Counted from the stretch's first letter, positions 44,779-55,796 are shown. The stretch is DNA of 64,000 nucleotides from Planctomycetota bacterium (GCA_045863855.1 BTVV01000003.1:69523-133522), one strand, 5' to 3'. A program made the numbers and translations. The notes: generated from the letters alone by a model not told the origin.

Positions 44779-47583
44779 TCAGGGCTTCCACTTCGAGAGG
44801 TCGAAACGGTCGAGGCTTCCGTCGGGCGTGAGCGCGTACAAGACGCCTCCGTCTGGATCTAGGGCCAAGGCTCGGGCAGGGGTGGCATACACCTTGCCTT
44901 GAGCGTAGACCCGCGGAGCATCGCCGTCCACGCAGAGCAGCTCGCCGGAAGCCAAAGCGATGCCGATGCGCCGCCCGTCCGAAGTGGCCGCGGCATGAAC
45001 GATCGAGCCGGAACGGAACGCGTACTTCACGGTCAGTTCGATGCGCCGTTCGCCTGGAATCAGTCGGCCGGCATTCAACTCGTACCGGCGCTGAGCTGGG
45101 ATCATTAGAAATCGGTCGCCCACCAGCCAAGCGGACGCCATCTCTACGGGGAACGCAAAATTCAGGTGCTGCGCGCCGGACGTGCGGTACTCCACGCCGC
45201 GCGGCGTAACGAGGAGCAGCCCGCCTTGTGGGCGCAGGCCTACATCCAGAATCGGGGCGGCCAACGTTTCAGGGGCCGATGCCGTTTCGCGGCCGGCGCA
45301 AAGCCAAAGCTTTCGGCCGGCTGCAGCGACCAGACGAAATTGAGCGCCCTGGCCTTCGGCGTCGAGCGCATCGAGCGCTTCCCCTGCGCGCAGCAGGATC
45401 TGCCACGGCCGATCCGGGTGATCGCCGGCGCGCACGTCGCCTTGCGCATCGGCTATCGCCACGCGCTGGCCGTCGATCCACTCCGCCTGGCGGAGCGGTT
45501 GGCCCGCCGTACGGCCCGAAAGCGGCTGCGCGGCGCGGTCCGCGGGTTTCCAACTCCAGGCCAGGCCTTGATCGTCCCACAGCAGCAAGGTGCCTTGCGG
45601 TCCGACGCGGAAGCCCAGGATCGGGCGGGCATGCGCGGCATCGTCCGGCACGGGTCCGTCGAGCTCGCGCGGCAATCGAAGGGGCGCGCCCAGGCGCGGC
45701 GCAAAGACCGGTTCTTCGGGCTCCGGCGAGGGGCTCGGGGGGCGCACCGGTGGCGGGTCGATCGGCAACGGAATCACGGTGGACATGGGAGCCGGCGACT
45801 TCTCGGGGACCGGAGTTCCCGCCGCGACCCATGCTTCCGCTTCGGGTTGCTCTCGCTGCAGGGTTTCCAGCTTGCCTGAGAGTACCTCCAGATCGAGCCG
45901 ATCCTGGCTCCATTGCAGGTACAGATAGAAGCACAAGCCCAGCGAAACGAAGAACATGACCGCCGCGAAGCGATAGGCGCGTTGGAAGAATATCTGCCGG
46001 CGGCGCCAGGAATCGCGCTCCGAGCGCAGGCGCTGTTCGAGGGGTTGGCTGAGCGAACCGCCGCCGGAGCCGCTGAGGCGCAAGTCGCGCAGCAACGACT
46101 CGGCCAGCCCCCAGTCCTGTCCGCGCAACGCGAGGTCGGCGTAAATCGCGAGCGCTTCCTGGCGCAAGCGCGTGGCTCGAGGATTGTGCCCCCACAGCGC
46201 CAGAGCCTGATGCGCTTTGGCGAGCACCTCCGCGCAGCGCGGATAGTAGGGCGGTGTCACGCGAATATCGGCCGTCTCGCGGGCGAGCGTTTCCAGTTCG
46301 CGCCGCGCCTCGGAGGCCAGATCCTGGCTCTCGCTGCGATTGCCTTGTCCGGCCTGAAAGGCCCGCACGTCGGCCTGAAGCTCTTCGACGCTGGGGTAGC
46401 GCTGCTGCGGGTCTTCGGCGAGGCACTTGCGGACAATCGATTCGAGTTCCCGGGCTTCGCGCGGCAATCCGCGGCGGTGTTTGATCGGATCGATTTTGGC
46501 GCAGGCGGCATGCGCCAGGACTTCGAAGATGTTGCTGCCTCCGTGGGGCGGCCGTCCGGTAAGCATCTCGTGGAGGATCGCACCGAGCAGGTAGATGTCT
46601 GTCCAGGGGCCGATGCGCTCGAGTTCGCCCAGCGCCATTTCGGGCGCCATGTAAGCGGGTGTGCCGGCGACGGTGCTCGCCTTATCGCGGCCGGTGCCCA
46701 AGTTGGCGCCTTTTTCATCGTCGAAGCGCAGCGCCAAGCCCCAATCCATGACGAAGACGGCGCCGAACGCGCCGATCATCACGTTCTCGGGCTTCAGGTC
46801 GCGATGCACGACGCCGCGCGCGTGCGCGAACGCCACCGCGTCGCAGACTTTCTGAAAGACTTCCAGATGTTCGGGCAGGTCGATCTCGATCTGTTCGGGC
46901 TGCGCCGGCCGCCCGTCGGGACGCAGCGGATGCAGAAGCGCGCGCCAAGGCTGCCCCTCGACCTTCTTCATGACCATGAAGACGCGTCCGAGTTCGTCGC
47001 GTCCGAAAAGGTGCACCGGTGGAATGTTCGGATGGCTCAAGCTTCCCGTCGTTAGCGCTTCGCGCAAAAAGGAGGCGACTTCGGCATGCGAAATCTCGCG
47101 GTCGAGCCGAATCGTTTTGACGGCGACGTCGCGGTCGAGCGACTCCTGGCGCGCCTTGAATACGACGCCCATGCCGCCTTGCCCAAGCTGCTGCTGGAAC
47201 GCGAAATAGTCGGCGCCGGACAATCCCGAAAGGGGTTCGGCGGTGCGCGCTTGTTCGCGGTCGAGGGGCAGGGTGGTGGCCGGTCCGCTGGGCGGGCGCG
47301 CGGAGGGATCCGGAAAGCGCAACGTTCGTTCCGTGTCGCCCCGATGTATGGGCTGATCGAGCACGGTGCGGGTGGTGACGGGTGCGGCGGGAACGGCCAA
47401 GTTGCGCGCGCTGGAAGTGCTAACCGCGCTCTTGTCGAGCGTATGAAAGAGCGCTTCGACGTCGGCTTGCGTGGCGTCGGGGAGGCGATGGACGGTCAGC
47501 TCAGGGTTATCGGCCTGGACTAAGGTCTGGGCCCAGAGCTGCTTCACGGCCGCTTCGGCGTCCACCGGATGCTTGTGCGGCAC
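44779..47583 (-). CDS. Transmembrane Ser/Thr protein kinase with C-terminal beta-propeller-like region
   Basis: LGQGGMGVV, VAVK, HRDLKPEN, DWGLA, GTPAYMAPE; TM near residue 545; WD40-like strands. Confidence 0.9.
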   Translation of the reverse strand: MPHKHPVDAEAAVKQLWAQTLVQADNPELTVHRLPDATQADVEALFHTLDKSAVSTSSARNLAVPAAPVTTRTVLDQPIHRGDTERTLRFPDPSARPPSGPATTLPLDREQARTAEPLSGLSGADYFAFQQQLGQGGMGVVFKARQESLDRDVAVKTIRLDREISHAEVASFLREALTTGSLSHPNIPPVHLFGRDELGRVFMVMKKVEGQPWRALLHPLRPDGRPAQPEQIEIDLPEHLEVFQKVCDAVAFAHARGVVHRDLKPENVMIGAFGAVFVMDWGLALRFDDEKGANLGTGRDKASTVAGTPAYMAPEMALGELERIGPWTDIYLLGAILHEMLTGRPPHGGSNIFEVLAHAACAKIDPIKHRRGLPREARELESIVRKCLAEDPQQRYPSVEELQADVRAFQAGQGNRSESQDLASEARRELETLARETADIRVTPPYYPRCAEVLAKAHQALALWGHNPRATRLRQEALAIYADLALRGQDWGLAESLLRDLRLSGSGGGSLSQPLEQRLRSERDSWRRRQIFFQRAYRFAAVMFFVSLGLCFYLYLQWSQDRLDLEVLSGKLETLQREQPEAEAWVAAGTPVPEKSPAPMSTVIPLPIDPPPVRPPSPSPEPEEPVFAPRLGAPLRLPRELDGPVPDDAAHARPILGFRVGPQGTLLLWDDQGLAWSWKPADRAAQPLSGRTAGQPLRQAEWIDGQRVAIADAQGDVRAGDHPDRPWQILLRAGEALDALDAEGQGAQFRLVAAAGRKLWLCAGRETASAPETLAAPILDVGLRPQGGLLLVTPRGVEYRTSGAQHLNFAFPVEMASAWLVGDRFLMIPAQRRYELNAGRLIPGERRIELTVKYAFRSGSIVHAAATSDGRRIGIALASGELLCVDGDAPRVYAQGKVYATPARALALDPDGGVLYALTPDGSLDRFDLSKWKP

Positions 47584-47658
47584 GTGCCGGCTCCTCGGGC
47601 GGAAAGTGGCCCACTACTCGTGCCTCAGTATACCGCGCGGGGAGCCTCAAGGGGTTGT

Positions 47659-48663
47659 TTAAGCCGCGGCGCGATCTTTTCCGGCGCGGCGGGCCAGCGC
47701 TTTTAGCAAGAGGAACTCGGCCAAGCCCAGGAAACTGGTGCCGCACTCGTGAGCGGCGCGAGGCAGCAGGCTATGGCTGGTGAGGCCCGGGAGCGTATTG
47801 GTTTCGAGCACCCAGAACAGCCCGTGGGCGTCGAGGATCATGTCGGTGCGGCTGACGTCGCGGCAGCCGAGGGCGCGGTGGGCTGCCAGCGCGCTGGCCT
47901 GCGCACGTGCGGTGACTTCACGGGGCAGTTCGGCAGGACAGATGATCTCGGTGGCGTCGTCCTGGTACTTGGCGGTGTAGTCGTAGAACTCGCGCTTGAT
48001 TCGCAGTTCGGCCGGGGGCAGCGGATCGTCGCCCAGCACCGCCACAGTCAACTCGCGCCCTTGGATAAAGCGCTCGACCATGACGCTCTCTCCGTATTCC
48101 AGCGCCTTCTGAAGCGCCGCGTTGAGCTGGTCGGGGTGGCGCACGATGGTGACGCCCAGGCTGGAACCACAAGCCGCCGGCTTGACGACGACGGGCGGCG
48201 CGATGTCGTGCAGCGCGCGCCCCCCCATCGACTCGAGTTCGTCGCGCTCGAAGCTCATCCAGGCCGGGGTCAGCAGGCCGTGGGCTTCGTAGCAGCGCTT
48301 AGAAAGCAGCTTATCGAACGCCTGGGCGCTCGCATCGGGGCCGGAGCCCGTATATGGGATGCCGGCTTCCTCCAGAATCAGTTGGATACGGCCGTCCTCG
48401 CCGAACTCGCCGTGCAGGCCGAGAAAGGCCACATCGATGCCTAGGCCGCGGGCCATCTTGGCGTCGAAGCTGCCGTCGAGAATGACGCGCTGGACGTTGC
48501 GTCCGGCCTTTTCGAGCGCGGTGGCGACGGCATCCCCGGACACCATGGAGACGTCTCGCTCGGCCGACGGCCCGCCATACAGCACGCCGATGTTCACGTG
48601 ATTCAGGGGATCGGACTCGTCCCGGGATTGAAAGCGCTTACCGTGCCGAACGATCGTCGCCAT
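47659..48663 (-). CDS. ddl: D-alanine--D-alanine ligase
   Basis: GGPSAERDVS, LHGEFGEDG, GSSLG, FYDYTAKY, ETNTLPGLT. Confidence 0.95.
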   Translation of the reverse strand: MATIVRHGKRFQSRDESDPLNHVNIGVLYGGPSAERDVSMVSGDAVATALEKAGRNVQRVILDGSFDAKMARGLGIDVAFLGLHGEFGEDGRIQLILEEAGIPYTGSGPDASAQAFDKLLSKRCYEAHGLLTPAWMSFERDELESMGGRALHDIAPPVVVKPAACGSSLGVTIVRHPDQLNAALQKALEYGESVMVERFIQGRELTVAVLGDDPLPPAELRIKREFYDYTAKYQDDATEIICPAELPREVTARAQASALAAHRALGCRDVSRTDMILDAHGLFWVLETNTLPGLTSHSLLPRAAHECGTSFLGLAEFLLLKALARRAGKDRAAA

Positions 48664-48784
48664 GACGGGCCTCCGTGGGGGTGCGGAACGCCCCGGTGCG
48701 GACCGGGGTGAACCTATTCGGTGTTTCGGCAGGGCCGGGAAGGGCGGTTAGCGAAAAGAATGTTTCGTCTGGAGTCCCAAGCAT

Positions 48785-49699
48785 TCAGGCCGCAACTTCA
48801 TCCGCGCCTACGCCCCAAGCGGCGATCTCGAGGTCCAGCAACACGCCTCGCTCGCGCTGCACCGTGCGTCGCAGGTGCCGGATCAGTCCCACCACATCGG
48901 TGGCCGTGGCCCAGCGGTCGGTGACGACAAAGTTGGCGTGCAACTCGGATACGCTGGCGCCGCCGACGCGAAGGCCCTTTAGGCCCAATTCGTCGATCAG
49001 CTTGCCCGCGGGCGGCACACCGGGAAGTTTGGGGTTCTTGAAGACGCAGCCGGCGGAGCGGCGATCGAGGGGTTGGGACTTGCTCTTTTCGCCGATGATC
49101 AGCCGGATCAGGTCGTCGGCAATCGCAGGCTCGGAAGGCTCAAGCTCCAATTCGCAACGCGTGACGAGGCGGTCCTTGAGGTCGGAATCGCGGTAGCGGA
49201 AACCGCACTGGGCGGTATCGAACCGGAACGGTTTGCCGTCGAACTCCACGCCGCGAACCGAAAGTACGCGGCTGCCAATTTCGCCGTATTTGCCGCCGGC
49301 GTTCATGCGCAGCGCCGCGCCGACGGTACCGGGCACACCCACCAGGCATTCCAGGCCGGACAGCTTTTGGGTCAGGCTCCATTTGACGAGCTTGGGCAAG
49401 CTGGCCCCGGCGCCCACCGAGACGCGCAGGCCTTCGCGGCGCATCTCGGCGAAGCCTTGTTGCGGCAGGCGCAAGACCAAGCCGTCCACGCCCCGGTCGC
49501 CGACCAGCAGGTTGGTGCCGCCGCCCAGTACATGCAACGGGATGGACTCTTCGCGCGCCCGCCGCAGCAGCAGCGAGAGCGCGAGATCGTCATGGGGACG
49601 AGCGAAGTAGCGCGCCGGCCCTCCGACCTTGTACGAGGTTCGGTCCGCGAGCGAGACGTCTTCCTGCACGAAGCGTTCGAATCCGTGGTACCAGTGCAT
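48785..49699 (-). CDS. murB: UDP-N-acetylenolpyruvoylglucosamine reductase
   Basis: GGPA, GGGTNLL, PGTVGAALRMNAG, SAGCVFKNP, HANF. Confidence 0.95.
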   Translation of the reverse strand: MHWYHGFERFVQEDVSLADRTSYKVGGPARYFARPHDDLALSLLLRRAREESIPLHVLGGGTNLLVGDRGVDGLVLRLPQQGFAEMRREGLRVSVGAGASLPKLVKWSLTQKLSGLECLVGVPGTVGAALRMNAGGKYGEIGSRVLSVRGVEFDGKPFRFDTAQCGFRYRDSDLKDRLVTRCELELEPSEPAIADDLIRLIIGEKSKSQPLDRRSAGCVFKNPKLPGVPPAGKLIDELGLKGLRVGGASVSELHANFVVTDRWATATDVVGLIRHLRRTVQRERGVLLDLEIAAWGVGADEVAA

Positions 49700-49817
49700 G
49701 CTTGTGGACGACTCCCGGCGCCGGACCTTCCCCTCACGGTTGGAAGCCGTGGGCTATCTGAGGTATCGGCGGGGTGGAGGTCTGACTTGCGCGCGGAAAA
49801 CGGAAGGTCTGGAGGCT

Positions 49818-51383
49818 TTACCGTGACCCGTTTTTAAGGCGAGCGAGGAGCCGGGGGCCCACTTCGGTGACGTCGCCGGCGCCTTGGGTGAGTACCGTAT
49901 CGCCCGGCTTCGTAGTGGCCAGGCGTTCGACGGCATCTTCGATGCTGTCCAGCGTCTCGACGCACGGGTGGCCCAGCGCGCGAATGCGTTCGGCCAGCGC
50001 ATCGTGCGAAGCGCCGGGAATTGGGGCTTCGCTCGCCGCATAGACGGGCAGCAGATAGACGGCCGCGGCGCCGCTGCCGGCCAGCACGCGAGCGAATTCG
50101 TCCATCAGGGCCTCGGTGCGGGTGTAGCGATGCGGCTGAAAGAGCACCGCGACCTTTCCAGCGGTACTGTCGCAGGCCGCGCGAATCGTGACGGCCAACT
50201 CCGACGGGTGGTGGCCGTAGTCGTCGACGACTCGCACGCCGTCTACTTCGCCTTTGATCTCGAAGCGCCGCCCGACGCGTTCGCAGCAGGCCAGCGCCGC
50301 GGCTACCGCATCGCGTTCCAACCCCAGGTGCCAGCCTACGGAGACGGCGGCGAGTGCATTGAGCGCGTTGTGGCGGCCGGGCATGGGAAGCGTCAGACCG
50401 CGCCAAGCACCGAAGGGTCCAACGGCGTCGAAACTCGAATGCATCTCGCCTGTCTTGACGTTCTCGCCGCGGATGAGCACGGCGTCGCCGAACCCGTAAC
50501 TGAGTGCCGGCAGGCCGGTCTGCAACGCGGCCATTTCGAGCGCCGCGCGCACGCGCGAATCGTCGCCGCATCCGACCAGGGCCGCCGCGTCGTCGCGTAC
50601 GGCCGCTTCTCCGGCCGCCGCGAAGTAGGTCGTGATCGCCGCCTGCAGTGCGCGCAGGTCGCCGTAGTGTTCCAAGTGGTCGTTGTCGATGTTCGAGACC
50701 ACCGGGATGGAAGGGCGGATTTCGTGCAGCCGGTTGTCGGATTCGTCCACTTCCAGCACGAGTTCCTTGAATCCGTCCAGGGTGGGCTGGCCGATGTGGA
50801 CGTTACTGCCCAAGCTGCGCACGACGCCGCCGACCAGCACGTCGGGATCGCGCCCGGCATGCAAGAGCAAGTGGCCGATCATCCAAGTGATGCTGGTCTT
50901 GCCGTGGCTGCCGGTGACGCCGATGACGCGCCGGCCGCGCGCGAGGCGTCCCAGCAGTCCCATGCGCGCATAAATCTTGCGGCCCATCTCTCTCGCGCGG
51001 ACCAGTTCCGGGTGATCTTCGGGGATCGCGGGCGTATAGACGAGCACGTCGCAATCCTCCACGTGCTTCGCGTCGTGGCCTACCTGTACGTCCAGACCCT
51101 TCGAGCGTAAATGCGGAACCTGCCCGCCTTCGCAGCCGTCGCAGCCGCTGACGAGCGCTCCTCGTGCGGCGGCTAATTCCATGAGCGCGCTGACGCCGAT
51201 GCCGCCGCAGCCCATGAAGTGAATGCGCACGCCGGTCCAGATGGCCGGCATGCGAGAACTGGAAGAAGCGGAAGCGCCTGGAATCGATTGGGGTTGGGGC
51301 ATGGAGCCGGCGATCCCGGGATCCGTAGCGGTGCGGGCCCCGCGCGAGGTCCGTCCGGTACTGAGCATCGGAGTTTTTACCAC
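49818..51383 (-). CDS. murC: UDP-N-acetylmuramate--L-alanine ligase
   Basis: HFMGCGGIGVS, GSHGKT, EVDESD, DHLEHY, DDYGHHP, FQPHRYTRT, GAGD. Start uncertain. Confidence 0.93.
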   Translation of the reverse strand: MVKTPMLSTGRTSRGARTATDPGIAGSMPQPQSIPGASASSSSRMPAIWTGVRIHFMGCGGIGVSALMELAAARGALVSGCDGCEGGQVPHLRSKGLDVQVGHDAKHVEDCDVLVYTPAIPEDHPELVRAREMGRKIYARMGLLGRLARGRRVIGVTGSHGKTSITWMIGHLLLHAGRDPDVLVGGVVRSLGSNVHIGQPTLDGFKELVLEVDESDNRLHEIRPSIPVVSNIDNDHLEHYGDLRALQAAITTYFAAAGEAAVRDDAAALVGCGDDSRVRAALEMAALQTGLPALSYGFGDAVLIRGENVKTGEMHSSFDAVGPFGAWRGLTLPMPGRHNALNALAAVSVGWHLGLERDAVAAALACCERVGRRFEIKGEVDGVRVVDDYGHHPSELAVTIRAACDSTAGKVAVLFQPHRYTRTEALMDEFARVLAGSGAAAVYLLPVYAASEAPIPGASHDALAERIRALGHPCVETLDSIEDAVERLATTKPGDTVLTQGAGDVTEVGPRLLARLKNGSR

Positions 51384-51516
51384 GCGACTGAAGCTCGGGA
51401 AGCTCAGGCTGCACGGGGTGCTCTTGTGCGCACGCTCCTTAGGTAAGAAAGATAGAGGGGGTTCGGGAAACGGCCGATACCGCGGGACGGGGGACGGTGT
51501 ACTCCGAGGGCTCGGC

Positions 51517-52608
51517 GTGCTTTACTTCTTGCACCTTTTTTCGGACAGTGGCTTGGAAGCGTTCGGCGTTTTCCGCGCCGTCACGTTTCGTGCGGCTTTC
51601 GCGGCGCTCTTTGCCTTCATCATGTGCGTGACCCTCGGGCCGCACGTGATTGCCTGGCTGCGCCAGCGCAAGTACGGCGAGAACACGCAGAAAAGCGATA
51701 GCGAGTTCATCGCGCAGAAGCATGCGGCTAAATCAGGCACGCCGACGATGGGCGGCGTTATACTCGTCGCCAGCACGCTTTGCGCGGTGGCACTCTTCGC
51801 GCGCAGCGATGTAGTCTTCGTGCCACTCGCGTTTTTCACGATGCTCGCGCTTGCTTTGGTCGGCTTCTACGACGATTGGATCAAACTCACGCGCAAGGAA
51901 AAGGGCCTCACGATTCGCGAGAAGCTCTGCTTCCAAGCGGTGGTGGGGTTGGGCGTGGGCTACCTGCTCTATGCGTACAGTCCCAGCGGCGCGCGTGGCG
52001 CAGTGGCGGTGCCGTTCGTCGAAGCGGCTTTCTGGCCCACCTTGGGCTATGGGTATCTGATCTGGGCCGGCGTGGTGCTGACGGCCAGCAGCAACGCCGT
52101 GAACCTGACCGACGGCCTCGACGGACTGGCGACGCTTTGCACGATCACCGTGGCCGTGGCTTTCGGCTTGATGGCGTACTTCTCGGGTCATGCGGGAATG
52201 GCGCAGCATCTGGCGGTGCCCAGGGTGCCGGGCGCCGAAGAATTGGCTGTGATCTGCGCGGCACTGGCCGGCGCATGCTTGGGCTTCCTTTGGTTCAACG
52301 CGCATCCGGCGGAAGTCTTCATGGGCGACACGGGCTCGCTGGCGCTGGGCGGGCTGGTGGGATTGGTCGCGCTGAGCATCAAGCAAGAATTGATGCTGGT
52401 GCTGGTTGGCGGAGTCTTCGTCGCCGAAGCCCTTTCGGTGCTGATCCAGATTGCATCTTTCCGTTGGTTTGGCCGACGCGTCTTCCGCATCGCGCCGCTG
52501 CACCACCACTTCGAGAAAGTGGGCTGGCCGGAAACGAAGATCGTAAGCCGTTTCTTCATCGTCTCCGTGCTGTTGGCTGTCTTTAGCATCGCGACGCTGC
52601 GCGTGTAG
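51517..52608 (+). CDS. mraY: Phospho-N-acetylmuramoyl-pentapeptide transferase
   Basis: KSGTPTMGG, DDWIK, NAVNLTDGLDGL, FMGDTGS, APLHHHFE. Probable GTG start at 51517. Confidence 0.95.
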   Translation: MLYFLHLFSDSGLEAFGVFRAVTFRAAFAALFAFIMCVTLGPHVIAWLRQRKYGENTQKSDSEFIAQKHAAKSGTPTMGGVILVASTLCAVALFARSDVVFVPLAFFTMLALALVGFYDDWIKLTRKEKGLTIREKLCFQAVVGLGVGYLLYAYSPSGARGAVAVPFVEAAFWPTLGYGYLIWAGVVLTASSNAVNLTDGLDGLATLCTITVAVAFGLMAYFSGHAGMAQHLAVPRVPGAEELAVICAALAGACLGFLWFNAHPAEVFMGDTGSLALGGLVGLVALSIKQELMLVLVGGVFVAEALSVLIQIASFRWFGRRVFRIAPLHHHFEKVGWPETKIVSRFFIVSVLLAVFSIATLRV

Positions 52609-52638
52609 CGCTTCGCACCGGGAGCCTGCGATACTTTC

Positions 52639-53799
52639 ATGGAACTGGCGCGCAGACATCTGCTGATCGTCACGGGAGCTCTGTTGGCGCTGGGGCTGGT
52701 GATGGTGTACAGCGCGAGCTTCGTGGTGGCCGAGCAGCGCTTCGGTTCGGCGACTTTCTTTCTCGAACGGCAATGCGTCTACTTGCTGGCCGGTTGCATC
52801 GCGCTGGCCGTGGGAAGTTTGTGGGATTACCACGCGCTGGGCCGGCACTGGAAAATCTGGCTGGGGCTGGCGGTCCTGATTCTGATCGCGGTCCTTTTCC
52901 CGGGCATCGGCGAACGGATTAACGGAGCGCGACGCTGGTTCCGCATCGGCAGCCTCACGTTCCAGCCCTCGGAAGCGGCCAAGATTCTGTGCGTGCTGGG
53001 CATCGCGGGCTGGGCGGCGACGCGCGGCGAAGAATTGCGCACGTTTACGCGCGGCTTTCTGCCGGCCGCCTTGCTGGCCGGTGTACCGGTGGCGTTGGTG
53101 GCGCTGGAGCCGGATCTCGGTACCGCCGCGCTGCTCGCCACGGTGCTCTGTGCGATGCTCTTCGTCGCCGGGGTGCGCCTCGCGTACGCGCTCCCGTTTC
53201 TTTGCATCGCGGCGCCCGCGGGCGCGCTCTTGGCTTGGGAAAAGCTCGGTTACGTACGCGACCGCCTCGAACATTTTTTCACCGGCGAGTACGACCCGTT
53301 GGGGCGCGGCTACCAAGTCCATCAGGCGCTGATCGCGCAAGGCAGCGGCGGCGTATGGGGCGCGGGCCTGGGTCAAGGGCACGCCAAATTGCTCTACCTG
53401 CCGGAAGCGCACAACGACTTCATCCTCGCGCTGATCGGCGAAGAGTTGGGCCTGATCGGATCGTGCCTGATCCTGCTGGGCTTCGCATGTCTGGTCTGGC
53501 ACGGCTGGACCGTCGCACGCAAAGCCCCGGATCTGTTGGGCAGTCTGCTGGCGTTGGGCGTGACGCTCATGCTGGGGCTTCAGGCCGCGATGAATATCGC
53601 CGTCGTGACGCGCAGCATGCCGACGAAAGGTATTTCGCTCCCGCTGATCAGTTACGGCGGCAGCGCACTGATCTTCACACTGTTTGGCATCGGCATCCTG
53701 CTGAACGTCGCGGCGCATCCCCCCGCGGAAGAAGCGCCGCGCGCATTGGGCGCGGTGGCAAGGGGCAGCGGGCGGCCGTTGAGCGCGAGAACGGCTTAA
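52639..53799 (+). CDS. ftsW: SEDS family peptidoglycan glycosyltransferase FtsW
   Basis: MVYSAS, NGARRW, FQPSE, EPDLG, LPEAHNDFI, LPLISYGGS. Confidence 0.93.
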   Translation: MELARRHLLIVTGALLALGLVMVYSASFVVAEQRFGSATFFLERQCVYLLAGCIALAVGSLWDYHALGRHWKIWLGLAVLILIAVLFPGIGERINGARRWFRIGSLTFQPSEAAKILCVLGIAGWAATRGEELRTFTRGFLPAALLAGVPVALVALEPDLGTAALLATVLCAMLFVAGVRLAYALPFLCIAAPAGALLAWEKLGYVRDRLEHFFTGEYDPLGRGYQVHQALIAQGSGGVWGAGLGQGHAKLLYLPEAHNDFILALIGEELGLIGSCLILLGFACLVWHGWTVARKAPDLLGSLLALGVTLMLGLQAAMNIAVVTRSMPTKGISLPLISYGGSALIFTLFGIGILLNVAAHPPAEEAPRALGAVARGSGRPLSARTA

Positions 53800-53847
53800 G
53801 GGCTCGTGCCTCCGTGATGAGATCTTGAGTTCGAAAGGAAGTTGAGC

Positions 53848-55029
53848 ATGAAACTCGTGATTGCCGGCGGTGGAACGGGTGGGCATCTGATGCCGGGCCT
53901 GGCGCTGGCCGAAGAACTGCTCGGGCGCGAAGGCGGACATCAGGTGCTCTACCTGGGTGCGCACGGCGGGCTCGAGCAGCGGCTGGTGCCCCGCTTCGGG
54001 TACCGCTTGGCACTGCTTCCTTCTCTGAAGGGCGGCCTATTGGGATTGGATTTCGCGCAGAAAAGCGTGCGCTTATGCCGTGGATACCTGCAGGCGCGCC
54101 GCGCGTTGCTGAGCTTCGAAGCCGACGCGGTGGTGGGTTTGGGCGGATACGCCTCCGTATTGCCGGCGTTGGCGGGGTGGGGCGTTGAAGTGCCCGTCAT
54201 GATTCTGGAGCAAAACGTGATTCCGGGGCGCGCGACGCGCAAACTCGCGCCGTTCGCTAAGGAAATTGGCGTGCAGTTCTCGGAAGCCGGTCCATTTCTA
54301 AAAGCGCCCAAGAAGGTCAAGCACGTGGGTAATCCGCTGCGTCGGCGCGTGGTCGAAGCTTCCTACCGGAGCGCGGAGCGTAACTTGCGCGAGGGACCGG
54401 CGCCGGAAGAAGCGACGCTGCTGGTGCTGGGCGGATCGCAGGGCGCGCAATTCCTGAACGACCTCGTGATCAAGGCGTGGCCCAAGCTCTCGAAAGCGCT
54501 CCCGGGATTGAAGGTGATTCTCGTGGCGGGATCCGAGGACGAACCGCGCGCTTCGGCGGCTTTCGCTTCGGCCGGCGTGCGCGGGCACGTGCTGCCGTTT
54601 TGCGAACACATGGAAGAACTGTACGCCGAAGCCGATTGCGTGCTGGCACGCTCGGGCGCCACGTCGCTGGCCGAGATTGCGGCCTTCGCGCTCCCGTCGT
54701 TGCTGGTGCCGTATCCGCACGCGGCGGACAACCACCAATTCCACAACGCGCGCGTCTTCGCCTCCGCCGGAGCCGCATGGTTACTGGACCAGCGCACGCT
54801 GGAGATCGAACGCTTCGTCCAGCGCGTGGTCGATACACTGCGGCAACCTGAACGCCGACGGCGCATGGCGCAAGCCGCTTACAAGCTTGCGCGACCCGAA
54901 GCCGCCGCGGAAACGGTGGATCGCTTGCTGCGGATGACCGATACCCATCTTGCGCCCCCCGACGACCCGCGCTTTGACGTGACGCCTCGTGCGCCGCGCC
55001 CGCCGGCCGTGCACGCGGGAGTGGCCTGA
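53848..55029 (+). CDS. murG: Lipid I N-acetylglucosaminyltransferase
   Basis: AGGGTGGH, GLGGY, EQN, GNPLR, GGSQGA, RSGA, HQFHNA. Confidence 0.95.
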   Translation: MKLVIAGGGTGGHLMPGLALAEELLGREGGHQVLYLGAHGGLEQRLVPRFGYRLALLPSLKGGLLGLDFAQKSVRLCRGYLQARRALLSFEADAVVGLGGYASVLPALAGWGVEVPVMILEQNVIPGRATRKLAPFAKEIGVQFSEAGPFLKAPKKVKHVGNPLRRRVVEASYRSAERNLREGPAPEEATLLVLGGSQGAQFLNDLVIKAWPKLSKALPGLKVILVAGSEDEPRASAAFASAGVRGHVLPFCEHMEELYAEADCVLARSGATSLAEIAAFALPSLLVPYPHAADNHQFHNARVFASAGAAWLLDQRTLEIERFVQRVVDTLRQPERRRRMAQAAYKLARPEAAAETVDRLLRMTDTHLAPPDDPRFDVTPRAPRPPAVHAGVA

Positions 55030-55043
55030 CCGAGGAACCGCCG

Positions 55044-55796
55044 ATGACACCGATTCGCGAAGCCATGCACCGCAAAGCCACCGAAGAGTTGCCGCCCGAT
55101 CTGCGCTTGAAGGCTTGGTTGAAGCCGGCCCTGCCGTGGGCGCGCAAAGGCGCATTCGCGTTTGCCGCGTTGGGCGTGGGCTTGGCCGTATGGACTATCG
55201 CCTCCGGCTTTGGCGAAGGACCGCGCGCGGCGGCGAACCGGCCGATTCAAGCCGAACAGGACCGCGTCGCGGCGCTTTATCGCGAAGCGTACGGGCACTT
55301 CACGCTCGACGGGCAGCCGGTGCATCCGGGTTGCGTACGCGAACTCACGGCGAGTCTTTCCGATCCTGGATCCGTGGCCAAGGCCGTCGATCTTCTGGGC
55401 GGTAGCATCCCCGCGTCTTACGCGCCGCTGAATTGCTACGCGGGCGAATACACCGGGATGCGCACGGGCGATGCCCAGCACGCCAGTTTCGAGTATCGCC
55501 GCTTGGGTGTGACGGCCGACGGGATTCACGTGCTGGAAGTTCGCGAGAGCCATGAATCGGCAGGGCTCTACCGCAGCCTGGTCCTGGTGCGGCTGGAACC
55601 GTGCCAGATTTACAGCGACGGCGCGATTCGCGCGAGTTTGCGCATGAACCGCATCGGCGAAGTGCCGCTCGGCGAAGCCGACCAAGGCGTGGTGGTGGTC
55701 AGCGGCAGTCGCATCCGCATCGGCCGCTCGCAGCACCGCGCGCAGGACCGCATTCTGGACACGAAGACCTGGAGCTACGTCGCGCAGAACGGCTGA
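55044..55796 (+). CDS. Hypothetical membrane-anchored protein
   Basis: 250 aa ORF with one N-terminal TM and host-like codon usage, directly after murG. Confidence 0.6.
   Translation: MTPIREAMHRKATEELPPDLRLKAWLKPALPWARKGAFAFAALGVGLAVWTIASGFGEGPRAAANRPIQAEQDRVAALYREAYGHFTLDGQPVHPGCVRELTASLSDPGSVAKAVDLLGGSIPASYAPLNCYAGEYTGMRTGDAQHASFEYRRLGVTADGIHVLEVRESHESAGLYRSLVLVRLEPCQIYSDGAIRASLRMNRIGEVPLGEADQGVVVVSGSRIRIGRSQHRAQDRILDTKTWSYVAQNG

Noticed and set aside
47659..48663. Ddl as a vancomycin-resistance D-Ala-D-Lac ligase
   Set aside because: The omega loop has the usual YDYxAKY tyrosine and the gene sits in the dcw context.
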